From Macrostomum lignano (Eukaryota): 54,780 nucleotides of DNA. A program made the translations under genes and the position numbers. The notes under the pieces are model-generated. The model ran no database searches. It was not told the origin of the DNA and was given only the letters and a program-made list of their open reading frames with translations. How positions within the stretch are numbered: position 1 is the first letter of the stretch; every line of letters starts with the position of its first letter. The stretch lies in the NCBI GenBank assembly GCA_002269645.1, contig NIVC01001241.1:1-54780 (forward strand). The letters run 5' to 3'. This document shows, piece by piece, positions 1-13,404 of this stretch.

Positions 1-3000
1 ATGCAGAAAGCTCTGTCTAGGGTAGTCCGGTCTTGAAAAGCTAGTCTAGACTTGGATTTGGTATGCAGAAATCTCTGTCTAGGGTAGTCCGGTCTTGAAA
101 AGCTAGTCTAGACTTGGATTTGGTATGCAGAAATCTCTGTCTAGGGTAGTCCGGTCTTGAAAAGCTAGTCTAGACTTGGATTTGGTATGCAGAAATCTCT
201 GTCTAGGGTAGTCCGGTCTTGAAAAGCTAGTCTAGACTTGGATTTGGTATGCAGAAATCTCTGTCTAGGGTAGTCCGGTCTTGAAAAGCTAGTCTAGACT
301 TGGATTTTGGTATGCAGAAATCTCTGTCTAGGGTAGTCCGGTCTTGAAAAGCTAGTCTAGACTTGGATTTGGTATGCAGAAATCTCTGTCTAGGGTAGTC
401 CGGTCTTGAAAAGCTAGTCTAGACTTGGATTTGGTATGCAGAAATCTCTGTCTAGGGTAGTCCGGTCTTGAAAAGCTAGTCTAGACTTGGATTTGGTATG
501 CAGAAATCTCTGTCTAGGGTAGTCCGGTCTTGAAAAGCTAGTCTAGACTTGGATTTGGTATGCAGAAATCTCTGTCTAGGGTAGTCCGGTCTTGAAAAGC
601 TAGTCTAGACTTGGATTTGGTATGCAGAAATCTCTGTCTAGGGTAGTCCGGTCTTGAAAAGCTAGTCTAGACTTGGATTTGGTATGCAGAAATCTCTGTC
701 TAGGGTAGTCCGGTCTTGAAAAGCTAGTCTAGACTTGGATTTGGTATGCAGAAATCTCTGTCTAGGGTAGTCCGGTCTTGAAAAGCTAGTCTAGACTTGG
801 ATTTGGTATGCAGAAATCTCTGTCTAGGGTAGTCCGGTCTTGAAAAGCTAGTCTAGACTTGGATTTGGTATGCAGAAATCTCTGTCTAGGGTAGTCCGGT
901 CTTGAAAAGCTAGTCTAGACTTGGATTTGGTATGCAGAAATCTCTGTCTAGGGTAGTCCGGTCTTGAAAAGCTAGTCTAGACTTGGATTTGGTATGCAGA
1001 AATCTCTGTCTAGGGTAGTCCGGTCTTGAAAAGCTAGTCTAGACTTGGATTTGGTATGCAGAAATCTCTGTCTAGGGTAGTCCGGTCTTGAAAAGCTAGT
1101 CTAGACTTGGATTTGGTATGCAGAAATCTCTGTCTAGGGTAGTCCGGTCTTGAAAAGCTAGTCTAGACTTGGATTTGGTATGCAGAAATCTCTGTCTAGG
1201 GTAGTCCGGTCTTGAAAAGCTAGTCTAGACTTGGATTTGGTATGCAGAAATCTCTGTCTAGGGTAGTCCGGTCTTGAAAAGCTAGTCTAGACTTGGATTT
1301 GGTATGCAGAAATCTCTGTCTAGGGTAGTCCGGTCTTGAAAAGCTAGTCTAGACTTGGATTTGGTATGCAGAAATCTCTGTCTAGGGTAGTCCGGTCTTG
1401 AAAAGCTAGTCTAGACTTGGATTTGGTATGCAGAAATCTCTGTCTAGGGTAGTCCGGTCTTGAAAAGCTAGTCTAGACTTGGATTTGGTATGCAGAAATC
1501 TCTGTCTAGGGTAGTCCGGTCTTGAAAAGCTAGTCTAGACTTGGATTTGGTATGCAGAAATCTCTGTCTAGGGTAGTCCGGTCTTGAAAAGCTAGTCTAG
1601 ACTTGGATTTGGTATGCAGAAATCTCTGTCTAGGGTAGTCCGGTCTTGAAAAGCTAGTCTAGACTTGGATTTGGTATGCAGAAATCTCTGTCTAGGGTAG
1701 TCCGGTCTTGAAAAGCTAGTCTAGACTTGGATTTGGTATGCAGAAATCTCTGTCTAGGGTAGTCCGGTCTTGAAAAGCTAGTCTAGACTTGGATTTGGTA
1801 TGCAGAAATCTCTGTCTAGGGTAGTCCGGTCTTGAAAAGCTAGTCTAGACTTGGATTTGGTATGCAGAAATCTCTGTCTAGGGTAGTCCGGTCTTGAAAA
1901 GCTAGTCTAGACTTGGATTTGGTATGCAGAAATCTCTGTCTAGGGTAGTCCGGTCTTGAAAAGCTAGTCTAGACTTGGATTTGGTATGCAGAAATCTCTG
2001 TCTAGGGTAGTCCGGTCTTGAAAAGCTAGTCTAGACTTGGATTTGGTATGCAGAAATCTCTGTCTAGGGTAGTCCGGTCTTGAAAAGCTAGTCTAGACTT
2101 GGATTTGGTATGCAGAAATCTCTGTCTAGGGTAGTCCGGTCTTGAAAAGCTAGTCTAGACTTGGATTTGGTATGCAGAAATCTCTGTCTAGGGTAGTCCG
2201 GTCTTGAAAAGCTAGTCTAGACTTGGATTTGGTATGCAGAAATCTCTGTCTAGGGTAGTCCGGTCTTGAAAAGCTAGTCTAGACTTGGATTTGGTATGCA
2301 GAAATCTCTGTCTAGGGTAGTCCGGTCTTGAAAAGCTAGTCTAGACTTGGATTTGGTATGCAGAAATCTCTGTCTAGGGTAGTCCGGTCTTGAAAAGCTA
2401 GTCTAGACTTGGATTTGGTATGCAGAAATCTCTGTCTAGGGTAGTCCGGTCTTGAAAAGCTAGTCTAGACTTGGATTTGGTATGCAGAAATCTCTGTCTA
2501 GGGTAGTCCGGTCTTGAAAAGCTAGTCTAGACTTGGATTTGGTATGCAGAAATCTCTGTCTAGGGTAGTCCGGTCTTGAAAAGCTAGTCTAGACTTGGAT
2601 TTGGTATGCAGAAATCTCTGTCTAGGGTAGTCCGGTCTTGAAAAGCTAGTCTAGACTTGGATTTGGTATGCAGAAATCTCTGTCTAGGGTAGTCCGGTCT
2701 TGAAAAGCTAGTCTAGACTTGGATTTGGTATGCAGAAATCTCTGTCTAGGGTAGTCCGGTCTTGAAAAGCTAGTCTAGACTTGGATTTGGTATGCAGAAA
2801 TCTCTGTCTAGGGTAGTCCGGTCTTGAAAAGCTAGTCTAGACTTGGATTTGGTATGCAGAAATCTCTGTCTAGGGTAGTCCGGTCTTGAAAAGCTAGTCT
2901 AGACTTGGATTTGGTATGCAGAAATCTCTGTCTAGGGTAGTCCGGTCTTGAAAAGCTAGTCTAGACTTGGATTTGGTATGCAGAAATCTCTGTCTAGGGT

Positions 3001-6000
3001 AGTCCGGTCTTGAAAAGCTAGTCTAGACTTGGATTTGGTATGCAGAAATCTCTGTCTAGGGTAGTCCGGTCTTGAAAAGCTAGTCTAGACTTGGATTTGG
3101 TATGCAGAAATCTCTGTCTAGGGTAGTCCGGTCTTGAAAAGCTAGTCTAGACTTGGATTTGGTATGCAGAAATCTCTGTCTAGGGTAGTCCGGTCTTGAA
3201 AAGCTAGTCTAGACTTGGATTTGGTATGCAGAAATCTCTGTCTAGGGTAGTCCGGTCTTGAAAAGCTAGTCTAGACTTGGATTTGGTATGCAGAAATCTC
3301 TGTCTAGGGTAGTCCGGTCTTGAAAAGCTAGTCTAGACTTGGATTTGGTATGCAGAAATCTCTGTCTAGGGTAGTCCGGTCTTGAAAAGCTAGTCTAGAC
3401 TTGGATTTGGTATGCAGAAATCTCTGTCTAGGGTAGTCCGGTCTTGAAAAGCTAGTCTAGACTTGGATTTGGTATGCAGAAATCTCTGTCTAGGGTAGTC
3501 CGGTCTTGAAAAGCTAGTCTAGACTTGGATTTGGTATGCAGAAATCTCTGTCTAGGGTAGTCCGGTCTTGAAAAGCTAGTCTAGACTTGGATTTGGTATG
3601 CAGAAATCTCTGTCTAGGGTAGTCCGGTCTTGAAAAGCTAGTCTAGACTTGGATTTGGTATGCAGAAATCTCTGTCTAGGGTAGTCCGGTCTTGAAAAGC
3701 TAGTCTAGACTTGGATTTGGTATGCAGAAATCTCTGTCTAGGGTAGTCCGGTCTTGAAAAGCTAGTCTAGACTTGGATTTGGTATGCAGAAATCTCTGTC
3801 TAGGGTAGTCCGGTCTTGAAAAGCTAGTCTAGACTTGGATTTGGTATGCAGAAATCTCTGTCTAGGGTAGTCCGGTCTTGAAAAGCTAGTCTAGACTTGG
3901 ATTTGGTATGCAGAAATCTCTGTCTAGGGTAGTCCGGTCTTGAAAAGCTAGTCTAGACTTGGATTTGGTATGCAGAAATCTCTGTCTAGGGTAGTCCGGT
4001 CTTGAAAAGCTAGTCTAGACTTGGATTTGGTATGCAGAAATCTCTGTCTAGGGTAGTCCGGTCTTGAAAAGCTAGTCTAGACTTGGATTTGGTATGCAGA
4101 AATCTCTGTCTAGGGTAGTCCGGTCTTGAAAAGCTAGTCTAGACTTGGATTTGGTATGCAGAAATCTCTGTCTAGGGTAGTCCGGTCTTGAAAAGCTAGT
4201 CTAGACTTGGATTTGGTATGCAGAAATCTCTGTCTAGGGTAGTCCGGTCTTGAAAAGCTAGTCTAGACTTGGATTTGGTATGCAGAAATCTCTGTCTAGG
4301 GTAGTCCGGTCTTGAAAAGCTAGTCTAGACTTGGATTTGGTATGCAGAAATCTCTGTCTAGGGTAGTCCGGTCTTGAAAAGCTAGTCTAGACTTGGATTT
4401 GGTATGCAGAAATCTCTGTCTAGGGTAGTCCGGTCTTGAAAAGCTAGTCTAGACTTGGATTTGGTATGCAGAAATCTCTGTCTAGGGTAGTCCGGTCTTG
4501 AAAAGCTAGTCTAGACTTGGATTTGGTATGCAGAAATCTCTGTCTAGGGTAGTCCGGTCTTGAAAAGCTAGTCTAGACTTGGATTTGGTATGCAGAAATC
4601 TCTGTCTAGGGTAGTCCGGTCTTGAAAAGCTAGTCTAGACTTGGATTTGGTATGCAGAAATCTCTGTCTAGGGTAGTCCGGTCTTGAAAAGCTAGTCTAG
4701 ACTTGGATTTGGTATGCAGAAATCTCTGTCTAGGGTAGTCCGGTCTTGAAAAGCTAGTCTAGACTTGGATTTGGTATGCAGAAATCTCTGTCTAGGGTAG
4801 TCCGGTCTTGAAAAGCTAGTCTAGACTTGGATTTGGTATGCAGAAATCTCTGTCTAGGGTAGTCCGGTCTTGAAAAGCTAGTCTAGACTTGGATTTGGTA
4901 TGCAGAAATCTCTGTCTAGGGTAGTCCGGTCTTGAAAAGCTAGTCTAGACTTGGATTTGGTATGCAGAAATCTCTGTCTAGGGTAGTCCGGTCTTGAAAA
5001 GCTAGTCTAGACTTGGATTTGGTATGCAGAAATCTCTGTCTAGGGTAGTCCGGTCTTGAAAAGCTAGTCTAGACTTGGATTTGGTATGCAGAAATCTCTG
5101 TCTAGGGTAGTCCGGTCTTGAAAAGCTAGTCTAGACTTGGATTTGGTATGCAGAAATCTCTGTCTAGGGTAGTCCGGTCTTGAAAAGCTAGTCTAGACTT
5201 GGATTTGGTATGCAGAAATCTCTGTCTAGGGTAGTCCGGTCTTGAAAAGCTAGTCTAGACTTGGATTTGGTATGCAGAAATCTCTGTCTAGGGTAGTCCG
5301 GTCTTGAAAAGCTAGTCTAGACTTGGATTTGGTATGCAGAAATCTCTGTCTAGGGTAGTCCGGTCTTGAAAAGCTAGTCTAGACTTGGATTTGGTATGCA
5401 GAAATCTCTGTCTAGGGTAGTCCGGTCTTGAAAAGCTAGTCTAGACTTGGATTTGGTATGCAGAAATCTCTGTCTAGGGTAGTCCGGTCTTGAAAAGCTA
5501 GTCTAGACTTGGATTTGGTATGCAGAAATCTCTGTCTAGGGTAGTCCGGTCTTGAAAAGCTAGTCTAGACTTGGATTTGGTATGCAGAAATCTCTGTCTA
5601 GGGTAGTCCGGTCTTGAAAAGCTAGTCTAGACTTGGATTTGGTATGCAGAAATCTCTGTCTAGGGTAGTCCGGTCTTGAAAAGCTAGTCTAGACTTGGAT
5701 TTGGTATGCAGAAATCTCTGTCTAGGGTAGTCCGGTCTTGAAAAGCTAGTCTAGACTTGGATTTGGTATGCAGAAATCTCTGTCTAGGGTAGTCCGGTCT
5801 TGAAAAGCTAGTCTAGACTTGGATTTGGTATGCAGAAATCTCTGTCTAGGGTAGTCCGGTCTTGAAAAGCTAGTCTAGACTTGGATTTGGTATGCAGAAA
5901 TCTCTGTCTAGGGTAGTCCGGTCTTGAAAAGCTAGTCTAGACTTGGATTTGGTATGCAGAAATCTCTGTCTAGGGTAGTCCGGTCTTGAAAAGCTAGTCT

Positions 6001-9000
6001 AGACTTGGATTTGGTATGCAGAAATCTCTGTCTAGGGTAGTCCGGTCTTGAAAAGCTAGTCTAGACTTGGATTTGGTATGCAGAAATCTCTGTCTAGGGT
6101 AGTCCGGTCTTGAAAAGCTAGTCTAGACTTGGATTTGGTATGCAGAAATCTCTGTCTAGGGTAGTCCGGTCTTGAAAAGCTAGTCTAGACTTGGATTTGG
6201 TATGCAGAAATCTCTGTCTAGGGTAGTCCGGTCTTGAAAAGCTAGTCTAGACTTGGATTTGGTATGCAGAAATCTCTGTCTAGGGTAGTCCGGTCTTGAA
6301 AAGCTAGTCTAGACTTGGATTTGGTATGCAGAAATCTCTGTCTAGGGTAGTCCGGTCTTGAAAAGCTAGTCTAGACTTGGATTTGGTATGCAGAAATCTC
6401 TGTCTAGGGTAGTCCGGTCTTGAAAAGCTAGTCTAGACTTGGATTTGGTATGCAGAAATCTCTGTCTAGGGTAGTCCGGTCTTGAAAAGCTAGTCTAGAC
6501 TTGGATTTGGTATGCAGAAATCTCTGTCTAGGGTAGTCCGGTCTTGAAAAGCTAGTCTAGACTTGGATTTGGTATGCAGAAATCTCTGTCTAGGGTAGTC
6601 CGGTCTTGAAAAGCTAGTCTAGACTTGGATTTGGTATGCAGAAATCTCTGTCTAGGGTAGTCCGGTCTTGAAAAGCTAGTCTAGACTTGGATTTGGTATG
6701 CAGAAATCTCTGTCTAGGGTAGTCCGGTCTTGAAAAGCTAGTCTAGACTTGGATTTGGTATGCAGAAATCTCTGTCTAGGGTAGTCCGGTCTTGAAAAGC
6801 TAGTCTAGACTTGGATTTGGTATGCAGAAATCTCTGTCTAGGGTAGTCCGGTCTTGAAAAGCTAGTCTAGACTTGGATTTGGTATGCAGAAATCTCTGTC
6901 TAGGGTAGTCCGGTCTTGAAAAGCTAGTCTAGACTTGGATTTGGTATGCAGAAATCTCTGTCTAGGGTAGTCCGGTCTTGAAAAGCTAGTCTAGACTTGG
7001 ATTTGGTATGCAGAAATCTCTGTCTAGGGTAGTCCGGTCTTGAAAAGCTAGTCTAGACTTGGATTTGGTATGCAGAAATCTCTGTCTAGGGTAGTCCGGT
7101 CTTGAAAAGCTAGTCTAGACTTGGATTTGGTATGCAGAAATCTCTGTCTAGGGTAGTCCGGTCTTGAAAAGCTAGTCTAGACTTGGATTTGGTATGCAGA
7201 AATCTCTGTCTAGGGTAGTCCGGTCTTGAAAAGCTAGTCTAGACTTGGATTTGGTATGCAGAAATCTCTGTCTAGGGTAGTCCGGTCTTGAAAAGCTAGT
7301 CTAGACTTGGATTTGGTATGCAGAAATCTCTGTCTAGGGTAGTCCGGTCTTGAAAAGCTAGTCTAGACTTGGATTTGGTATGCAGAAATCTCTGTCTAGG
7401 GTAGTCCGGTCTTGAAAAGCTAGTCTAGACTTGGATTTGGTATGCAGAAATCTCTGTCTAGGGTAGTCCGGTCTTGAAAAGCTAGTCTAGACTTGGATTT
7501 GGTATGCAGAAATCTCTGTCTAGGGTAGTCCGGTCTTGAAAAGCTAGTCTAGACTTGGATTTGGTATGCAGAAATCTCTGTCTAGGGTAGTCCGGTCTTG
7601 AAAAGCTAGTCTAGACTTGGATTTGGTATGCAGAAATCTCTGTCTAGGGTAGTCCGGTCTTGAAAAGCTAGTCTAGACTTGGATTTGGTATGCAGAAATC
7701 TCTGTCTAGGGTAGTCCGGTCTTGAAAAGCTAGTCTAGACTTGGATTTGGTATGCAGAAATCTCTGTCTAGGGTAGTCCGGTCTTGAAAAGCTAGTCTAG
7801 ACTTGGATTTGGTATGCAGAAATCTCTGTCTAGGGTAGTCCGGTCTTGAAAAGCTAGTCTAGACTTGGATTTGGTATGCAGAAATCTCTGTCTAGGGTAG
7901 TCCGGTCTTGAAAAGCTAGTCTAGACTTGGATTTGGTATGCAGAAATCTCTGTCTAGGGTAGTCCGGTCTTGAAAAGCTAGTCTAGACTTGGATTTGGTA
8001 TGCAGAAATCTCTGTCTAGGGTAGTCCGGTCTTGAAAAGCTAGTCTAGACTTGGATTTGGTATGCAGAAATCTCTGTCTAGGGTAGTCCGGTCTTGAAAA
8101 GCTAGTCTAGACTTGGATTTGGTATGCAGAAATCTCTGTCTAGGGTAGTCCGGTCTTGAAAAGCTAGTCTAGACTTGGATTTGGTATGCAGAAATCTCTG
8201 TCTAGGGTAGTCCGGTCTTGAAAAGCTAGTCTAGACTTGGATTTGGTATGCAGAAATCTCTGTCTAGGGTAGTCCGGTCTTGAAAAGCTAGTCTAGACTT
8301 GGATTTGGTATGCAGAAATCTCTGTCTAGGGTAGTCCGGTCTTGAAAAGCTAGTCTAGACTTGGATTTGGTATGCAGAAATCTCTGTCTAGGGTAGTCCG
8401 GTCTTGAAAAGCTAGTCTAGACTTGGATTTGGTATGCAGAAATCTCTGTCTAGGGTAGTCCGGTCTTGAAAAGCTAGTCTAGACTTGGATTTGGTATGCA
8501 GAAATCTCTGTCTAGGGTAGTCCGGTCTTGAAAAGCTAGTCTAGACTTGGATTTGGTATGCAGAAATCTCTGTCTAGGGTAGTCCGGTCTTGAAAAGCTA
8601 GTCTAGACTTGGATTTGGTATGCAGAAATCTCTGTCTAGGGTAGTCCGGTCTTGAAAAGCTAGTCTAGACTTGGATTTGGTATGCAGAAATCTCTGTCTA
8701 GGGTAGTCCGGTCTTGAAAAGCTAGTCTAGACTTGGATTTGGTATGCAGAAATCTCTGTCTAGGGTAGTCCGGTCTTGAAAAGCTAGTCTAGACTTGGAT
8801 TTGGTATGCAGAAATCTCTGTCTAGGGTAGTCCGGTCTTGAAAAGCTAGTCTAGACTTGGATTTGGTATGCAGAAATCTCTGTCTAGGGTAGTCCGGTCT
8901 TGAAAAGCTAGTCTAGACTTGGATTTGGTATGCAGAAATCTCTGTCTAGGGTAGTCCGGTCTTGAAAAGCTAGTCTAGACTTGGATTTGGTATGCAGAAA

Positions 9001-11079
9001 TCTCTGTCTAGGGTAGTCCGGTCTTGAAAAGCTAGTCTAGACTTGGATTTGGTATGCAGAAATCTCTGTCTAGGGTAGTCCGGTCTTGAAAAGCTAGTCT
9101 AGACTTGGATTTGGTATGCAGAAATCTCTGTCTAGGGTAGTCCGGTCTTGAAAAGCTAGTCTAGACTTGGATTTGGTATGCAGAAATCTCTGTCTAGGGT
9201 AGTCCGGTCTTGAAAAGCTAGTCTAGACTTGGATTTGGTATGCAGAAATCTCTGTCTAGGGTAGTCCGGTCTTGAAAAGCTAGTCTAGACTTGGATTTGG
9301 TATGCAGAAATCTCTGTCTAGGGTAGTCCGGTCTTGAAAAGCTAGTCTAGACTTGGATTTGGTATGCAGAAATCTCTGTCTAGGGTAGTCCGGTCTTGAA
9401 AAGCTAGTCTAGACTTGGATTTGGTATGCAGAAATCTCTGTCTAGGGTAGTCCGGTCTTGAAAAGCTAGTCTAGACTTGGATTTGGTATGCAGAAATCTC
9501 TGTCTAGGGTAGTCCGGTCTTGAAAAGCTAGTCTAGACTTGGATTTGGTATGCAGAAATCTCTGTCTAGGGTAGTCCGGTCTTGAAAAGCTAGTCTAGAC
9601 TTGGATTTGGTATGCAGAAATCTCTGTCTAGGGTAGTCCGGTCTTGAAAAGCTAGTCTAGACTTGGATTTGGTATGCAGAAATCTCTGTCTAGGGTAGTC
9701 CGGTCTTGAAAAGCTAGTCTAGACTTGGATTTGGTATGCAGAAATCTCTGTCTAGGGTAGTCCGGTCTTGAAAAGCTAGTCTAGACTTGGATTTGGTATG
9801 CAGAAATCTCTGTCTAGGGTAGTCCGGTCTTGAAAAGCTAGTCTAGACTTGGATTTGGTATGCAGAAATCTCTGTCTAGGGTAGTCCGGTCTTGAAAAGC
9901 TAGTCTAGACTTGGATTTGGTATGCAGAAATCTCTGTCTAGGGTAGTCCGGTCTTGAAAAGCTAGTCTAGACTTGGATTTGGTATGCAGAAATCTCTGTC
10001 TAGGGTAGTCCGGTCTTGAAAAGCTAGTCTAGACTTGGATTTGGTATGCAGAAATCTCTGTCTAGGGTAGTCCGGTCTTGAAAAGCTAGTCTAGACTTGG
10101 ATTTGGTATGCAGAAATCTCTGTCTAGGGTAGTCCGGTCTTGAAAAGCTAGTCTAGACTTGGATTTGGTATGCAGAAATCTCTGTCTAGGGTAGTCCGGT
10201 CTTGAAAAGCTAGTCTAGACTTGGATTTGGTATGCAGAAATCTCTGTCTAGGGTAGTCCGGTCTTGAAAAGCTAGTCTAGACTTGGATTTGGTATGCAGA
10301 AATCTCTGTCTAGGGTAGTCCGGTCTTGAAAAGCTAGTCTAGACTTGGATTTGGTATGCAGAAATCTCTGTCTAGGGTAGTCCGGTCTTGAAAAGCTAGT
10401 CTAGACTTGGATTTGGTATGCAGAAATCTCTGTCTAGGGTAGTCCGGTCTTGAAAAGCTAGTCTAGACTTGGATTTGGTATGCAGAAATCTCTGTCTAGG
10501 GTAGTCCGGTCTTGAAAAGCTAGTCTAGACTTGGATTTGGTATGCAGAAATCTCTGTCTAGGGTAGTCCGGTCTTGAAAAGCTAGTCTAGACTTGGATTT
10601 GGTATGCAGAAATCTCTGTCTAGGGTAGTCCGGTCTTGAAAAGCTAGTCTAGACTTGGATTTGGTATGCAGAAATCTCTGTCTAGGGTAGTCCGGTCTTG
10701 AAAAGCTAGTCTAGACTTGGATTTGGTATGCAGAAATCTCTGTCTAGGGTAGTCCGGTCTTGAAAAGCTAGTCTAGACTTGGATTTGGTATGCAGAAATC
10801 TCTGTCTAGGGTAGTCCGGTCTTGAAAAGCTAGTCTAGACTTGGATTTGGTATGCAGAAATCTCTGTCTAGGGTAGTCCGGTCTTGAAAAGCTAGTCTAG
10901 ACTTGGATTTGGTATGCAGAAATCTCTGTCTAGGGTAGTCCGGTCTTGAAAAGCTAGTCTAGACTTGGATTTGGTATGCAGAAATCTCTGTCTAGGGTAG
11001 TCCGGTCTTGAAAAGCTAGTCTAGACTTGGATTTGGTATGCAGAAACTCTGTCTAGGGTAGTCAAAAGCTAGTCTAGAC
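1..11079. repeat. 62-bp tandem satellite, 178 full copies plus one degenerate terminal copy
   Basis: Unit ATGCAGAAATCTCTGTCTAGGGTAGTCCGGTCTTGAAAAGCTAGTCTAGACTTGGATTTGGT. The last ATG is at 11038 = 1+62x178+1, so there is one net indel (extra T near 306). Copy 1 has G at position 10. The last copy has small deletions. Confidence 0.98.
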
Positions 11080-11143
11080 CAGTTAGACCAGTCTACTATA
11101 GCAGAACTAGGCTAGCTAGACCATAGACTATAGACTGAACTAC

Positions 11144-11193
11144 CCAAGTCCGGACTAGCTAGTCTGGACTAGGCTTTCTGCATACGGCCCTTA
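11144..11193 (-). mobile_element. Right terminus (TIR plus TTA target) of a putative PIF/Harbinger (Tourist-like) non-autonomous element enclosing the satellite
   Basis: The reverse complement of 11144-11190 reads GGGCCGTATGCAGAAAGCCTAGTCCAGACTAGCTAGTCCGGACTTGG, a degenerate inverted copy of the satellite unit. It matches the copy-1 variant ATGCAGAAAGC. It starts with GGGCC and is followed by TTA, as in Harbinger TIRs and TWA target duplications. Confidence 0.55.
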
Positions 11194-11780
11194 GTCTATG
11201 GTAGCAAGGCTGGCACAGCGGCATTTAACTTGGTCAAAACACTCGTGAGCCATTGGCAAACTCTTGCCTTCTCGTAACTGTCTGTGGGTTGTTGCGTACA
11301 GCTGGAATGTCAGCGTGTTGACAAAAATTTTCAGTCGCTTTTGCAGAGCTCTGCTGATAGTCGAAATATAATAACCAACTGAAACTGTTCCTTTGACTTC
11401 TGCTGCATTTTCTGCAACGTCAACAAAGGGTTCGTCTCAACTGCATCAAGTAGCAGTTGGACTTGAGGCTCTCGAGCAACTTGCCTTGGCGATTGCCACC
11501 CTTTCGCAGGCAATCTCTGCCGGGAGAGTTCCAACGCGCTGCTGGATGCTGTAATCCATCTTTTCTTTTACATTCAGCAACCTTGCAATGTACTTTGGGT
11601 GTTCACCTCTGTCAAGTGCTTCGATCACAAGCCAATGGAATTCGTTCAACAGCCTAGCACATGGTCCACGATTCTGGGGCTGATCTGCTTCTCCACAGCA
11701 GTTGCAAATGAAGCTATCGACCAATTTGATGCTTTTTGGGCCAAATCAAATGCTGCTGTGTCAGCCTTGCTACCATAGAC
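11194..11780 (-). mobile_element. Tc1/mariner-like deletion derivative: ~46-bp inverted repeats around a frameshifted transposase N-terminus
   Basis: 11194-11239 (GTCTATGGTAGCAAGGCTGGCACAGCGGCATTTAACTTGG) is inverted at 11735-11780. Minus-strand fragments are IEALDRGEHPKYIARLLNV (HTH-like), QLLLDAVETNPLLTLQKMQQ (second HTH-like) and IPAVRNNPQTVTRRQEFAN (linker). No DDE domain is present. Confidence 0.5.
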
Positions 11781-13404
11781 AAAAGCTCCATTGCTTTGGC
11801 AAACATATCTTGGATTAAATTCAATGCGCGTAGGCCCAAATGGGCTGCAAAAAGCTATATTCTGCAGCTAATGCTTTTTCAGTGAGATTTTACGATAGAC
11901 ATCCATTCGTGCACAGAGAATCAGCCGACAATGCAGGAACAGACAGCTTGACAAACTTGTTGAGTACAGCTCGAACGAAACACATGCTCGCTTCATTTAG
12001 AATTTTGGGAAGTCCAGAAGGTGGGGGAAAACTTAATGCCATCTCATCATTGCATTTCGGAGCGAACACCGGCGGCATTTTGCTTCAACTGTTCGTGTCT
12101 TCTTATCGATGAAGGGAGGGGTGAACTTGGACCGGAATGAAGCCCGAACTTCAGCCTTGTACCAACTGCAATTAATTTCCTTTCAAAGTAGTCGACAAGA
12201 AATGCGGAGCCATTGAACCTTACGAGCCTTCAGTGTCCTACCAATGTGCTCCTAGTCGACTCTTCAAAATGATCACAGTCGGCCGCTTTCGACTGTGCAC
12301 AGAAAGAAATTAGGACAGACGGACATTAAGACAGGACAGAAAGACAGGCATAAATGCAGGCCCATCTTCTTGGCCGTATATTTTAGCAAGCAAGCGAGAG
12401 CCAGACCAAGTCATTACTCATTAATATTCTACATTCAGCACTCACCGCGTCCCAACGGTATCCCTGCTGTGCATCAGGCGGCAGGACCAGAAGCCAGAAA
12501 ACTGAATTTTTGATCAGTTTTAATGCGTAAATACCTGACTGAACGGTACAGGAGACTGGGGGAGGGGGAGGTTTGTTAACCGCTGCAAGATCAGCGACAG
12601 GCTTTGATCTCGATTCTGTCAACTGCATCATTTCCGAGGTCTTTTCCTGTTTTGTCTGAGCTTTTACGGCGCTCTTTAGATCCGGTTGGACTCGAAATTG
12701 TTTTTTAGTAAAATATGTATGAACTGCGGATTCACCTGCTCTTGACTTACCTTTGCGTGTCAAAGCAGAGTTTTACAACTTTTTCTATAATGCCGGCATC
12801 GGCTGTCGCGTGGAACACGGTTGCCGGTGTGCTCCAGAATTATGCCACGAATGCACCAGAGAGCTTTTTCATCTCTCTCTTTCTCGGGGCGACTCGTCAA
12901 AGACTGCTCAGCTCAGGAAGCGCCTGGGACGGAGTGAGGCTCTGGTATTTCTGTGCCACAGTCATGATAGGGCTAAATACGATTTTTTGGCATACTTGCG
13001 ATGAAAAATGATTAATTCTATGCCCTTAGCATAATACATGTCACGTGACCCATTTTTGGACAAAAATTCTGCAAATGATAAATTTTGGCTCCCAGAATTT
13101 GGCTTTAAAAATAGTTGGATGATTTTGATCATTTTTGCATAACTTCTTGGCATAATTTTTCCCGCGAAATAAATAATAAATTCAGGTTGGTTACATTAGG
13201 ACAGACATGAACACATCAACAGGAAATTTTTTGAGCTTTTACCGGCCAATTGGGAACCCGCCGAAATTAGGGTTCATTTGCGTTAACTAGATTTCCTGAG
13301 CTCGCGGCGAGATGGGGATAACATTAAGCAACTGTGCTCCAAGCTCAGACCACACGTTTTAAAACGTTTTAAATTGATCCTACGCCTCAACCTCAGCATC
13401 CTTG

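Noticed and set aside
1-11079. CRISPR array or coding repeat
   Set aside because: The units are identical and head-to-tail with no unique spacers, and no ORF spans the array.
12295-13153. Short ORFs between the Tc1-like remnant and the GPCR
   Set aside because: No recognisable motif or consistent exon structure.
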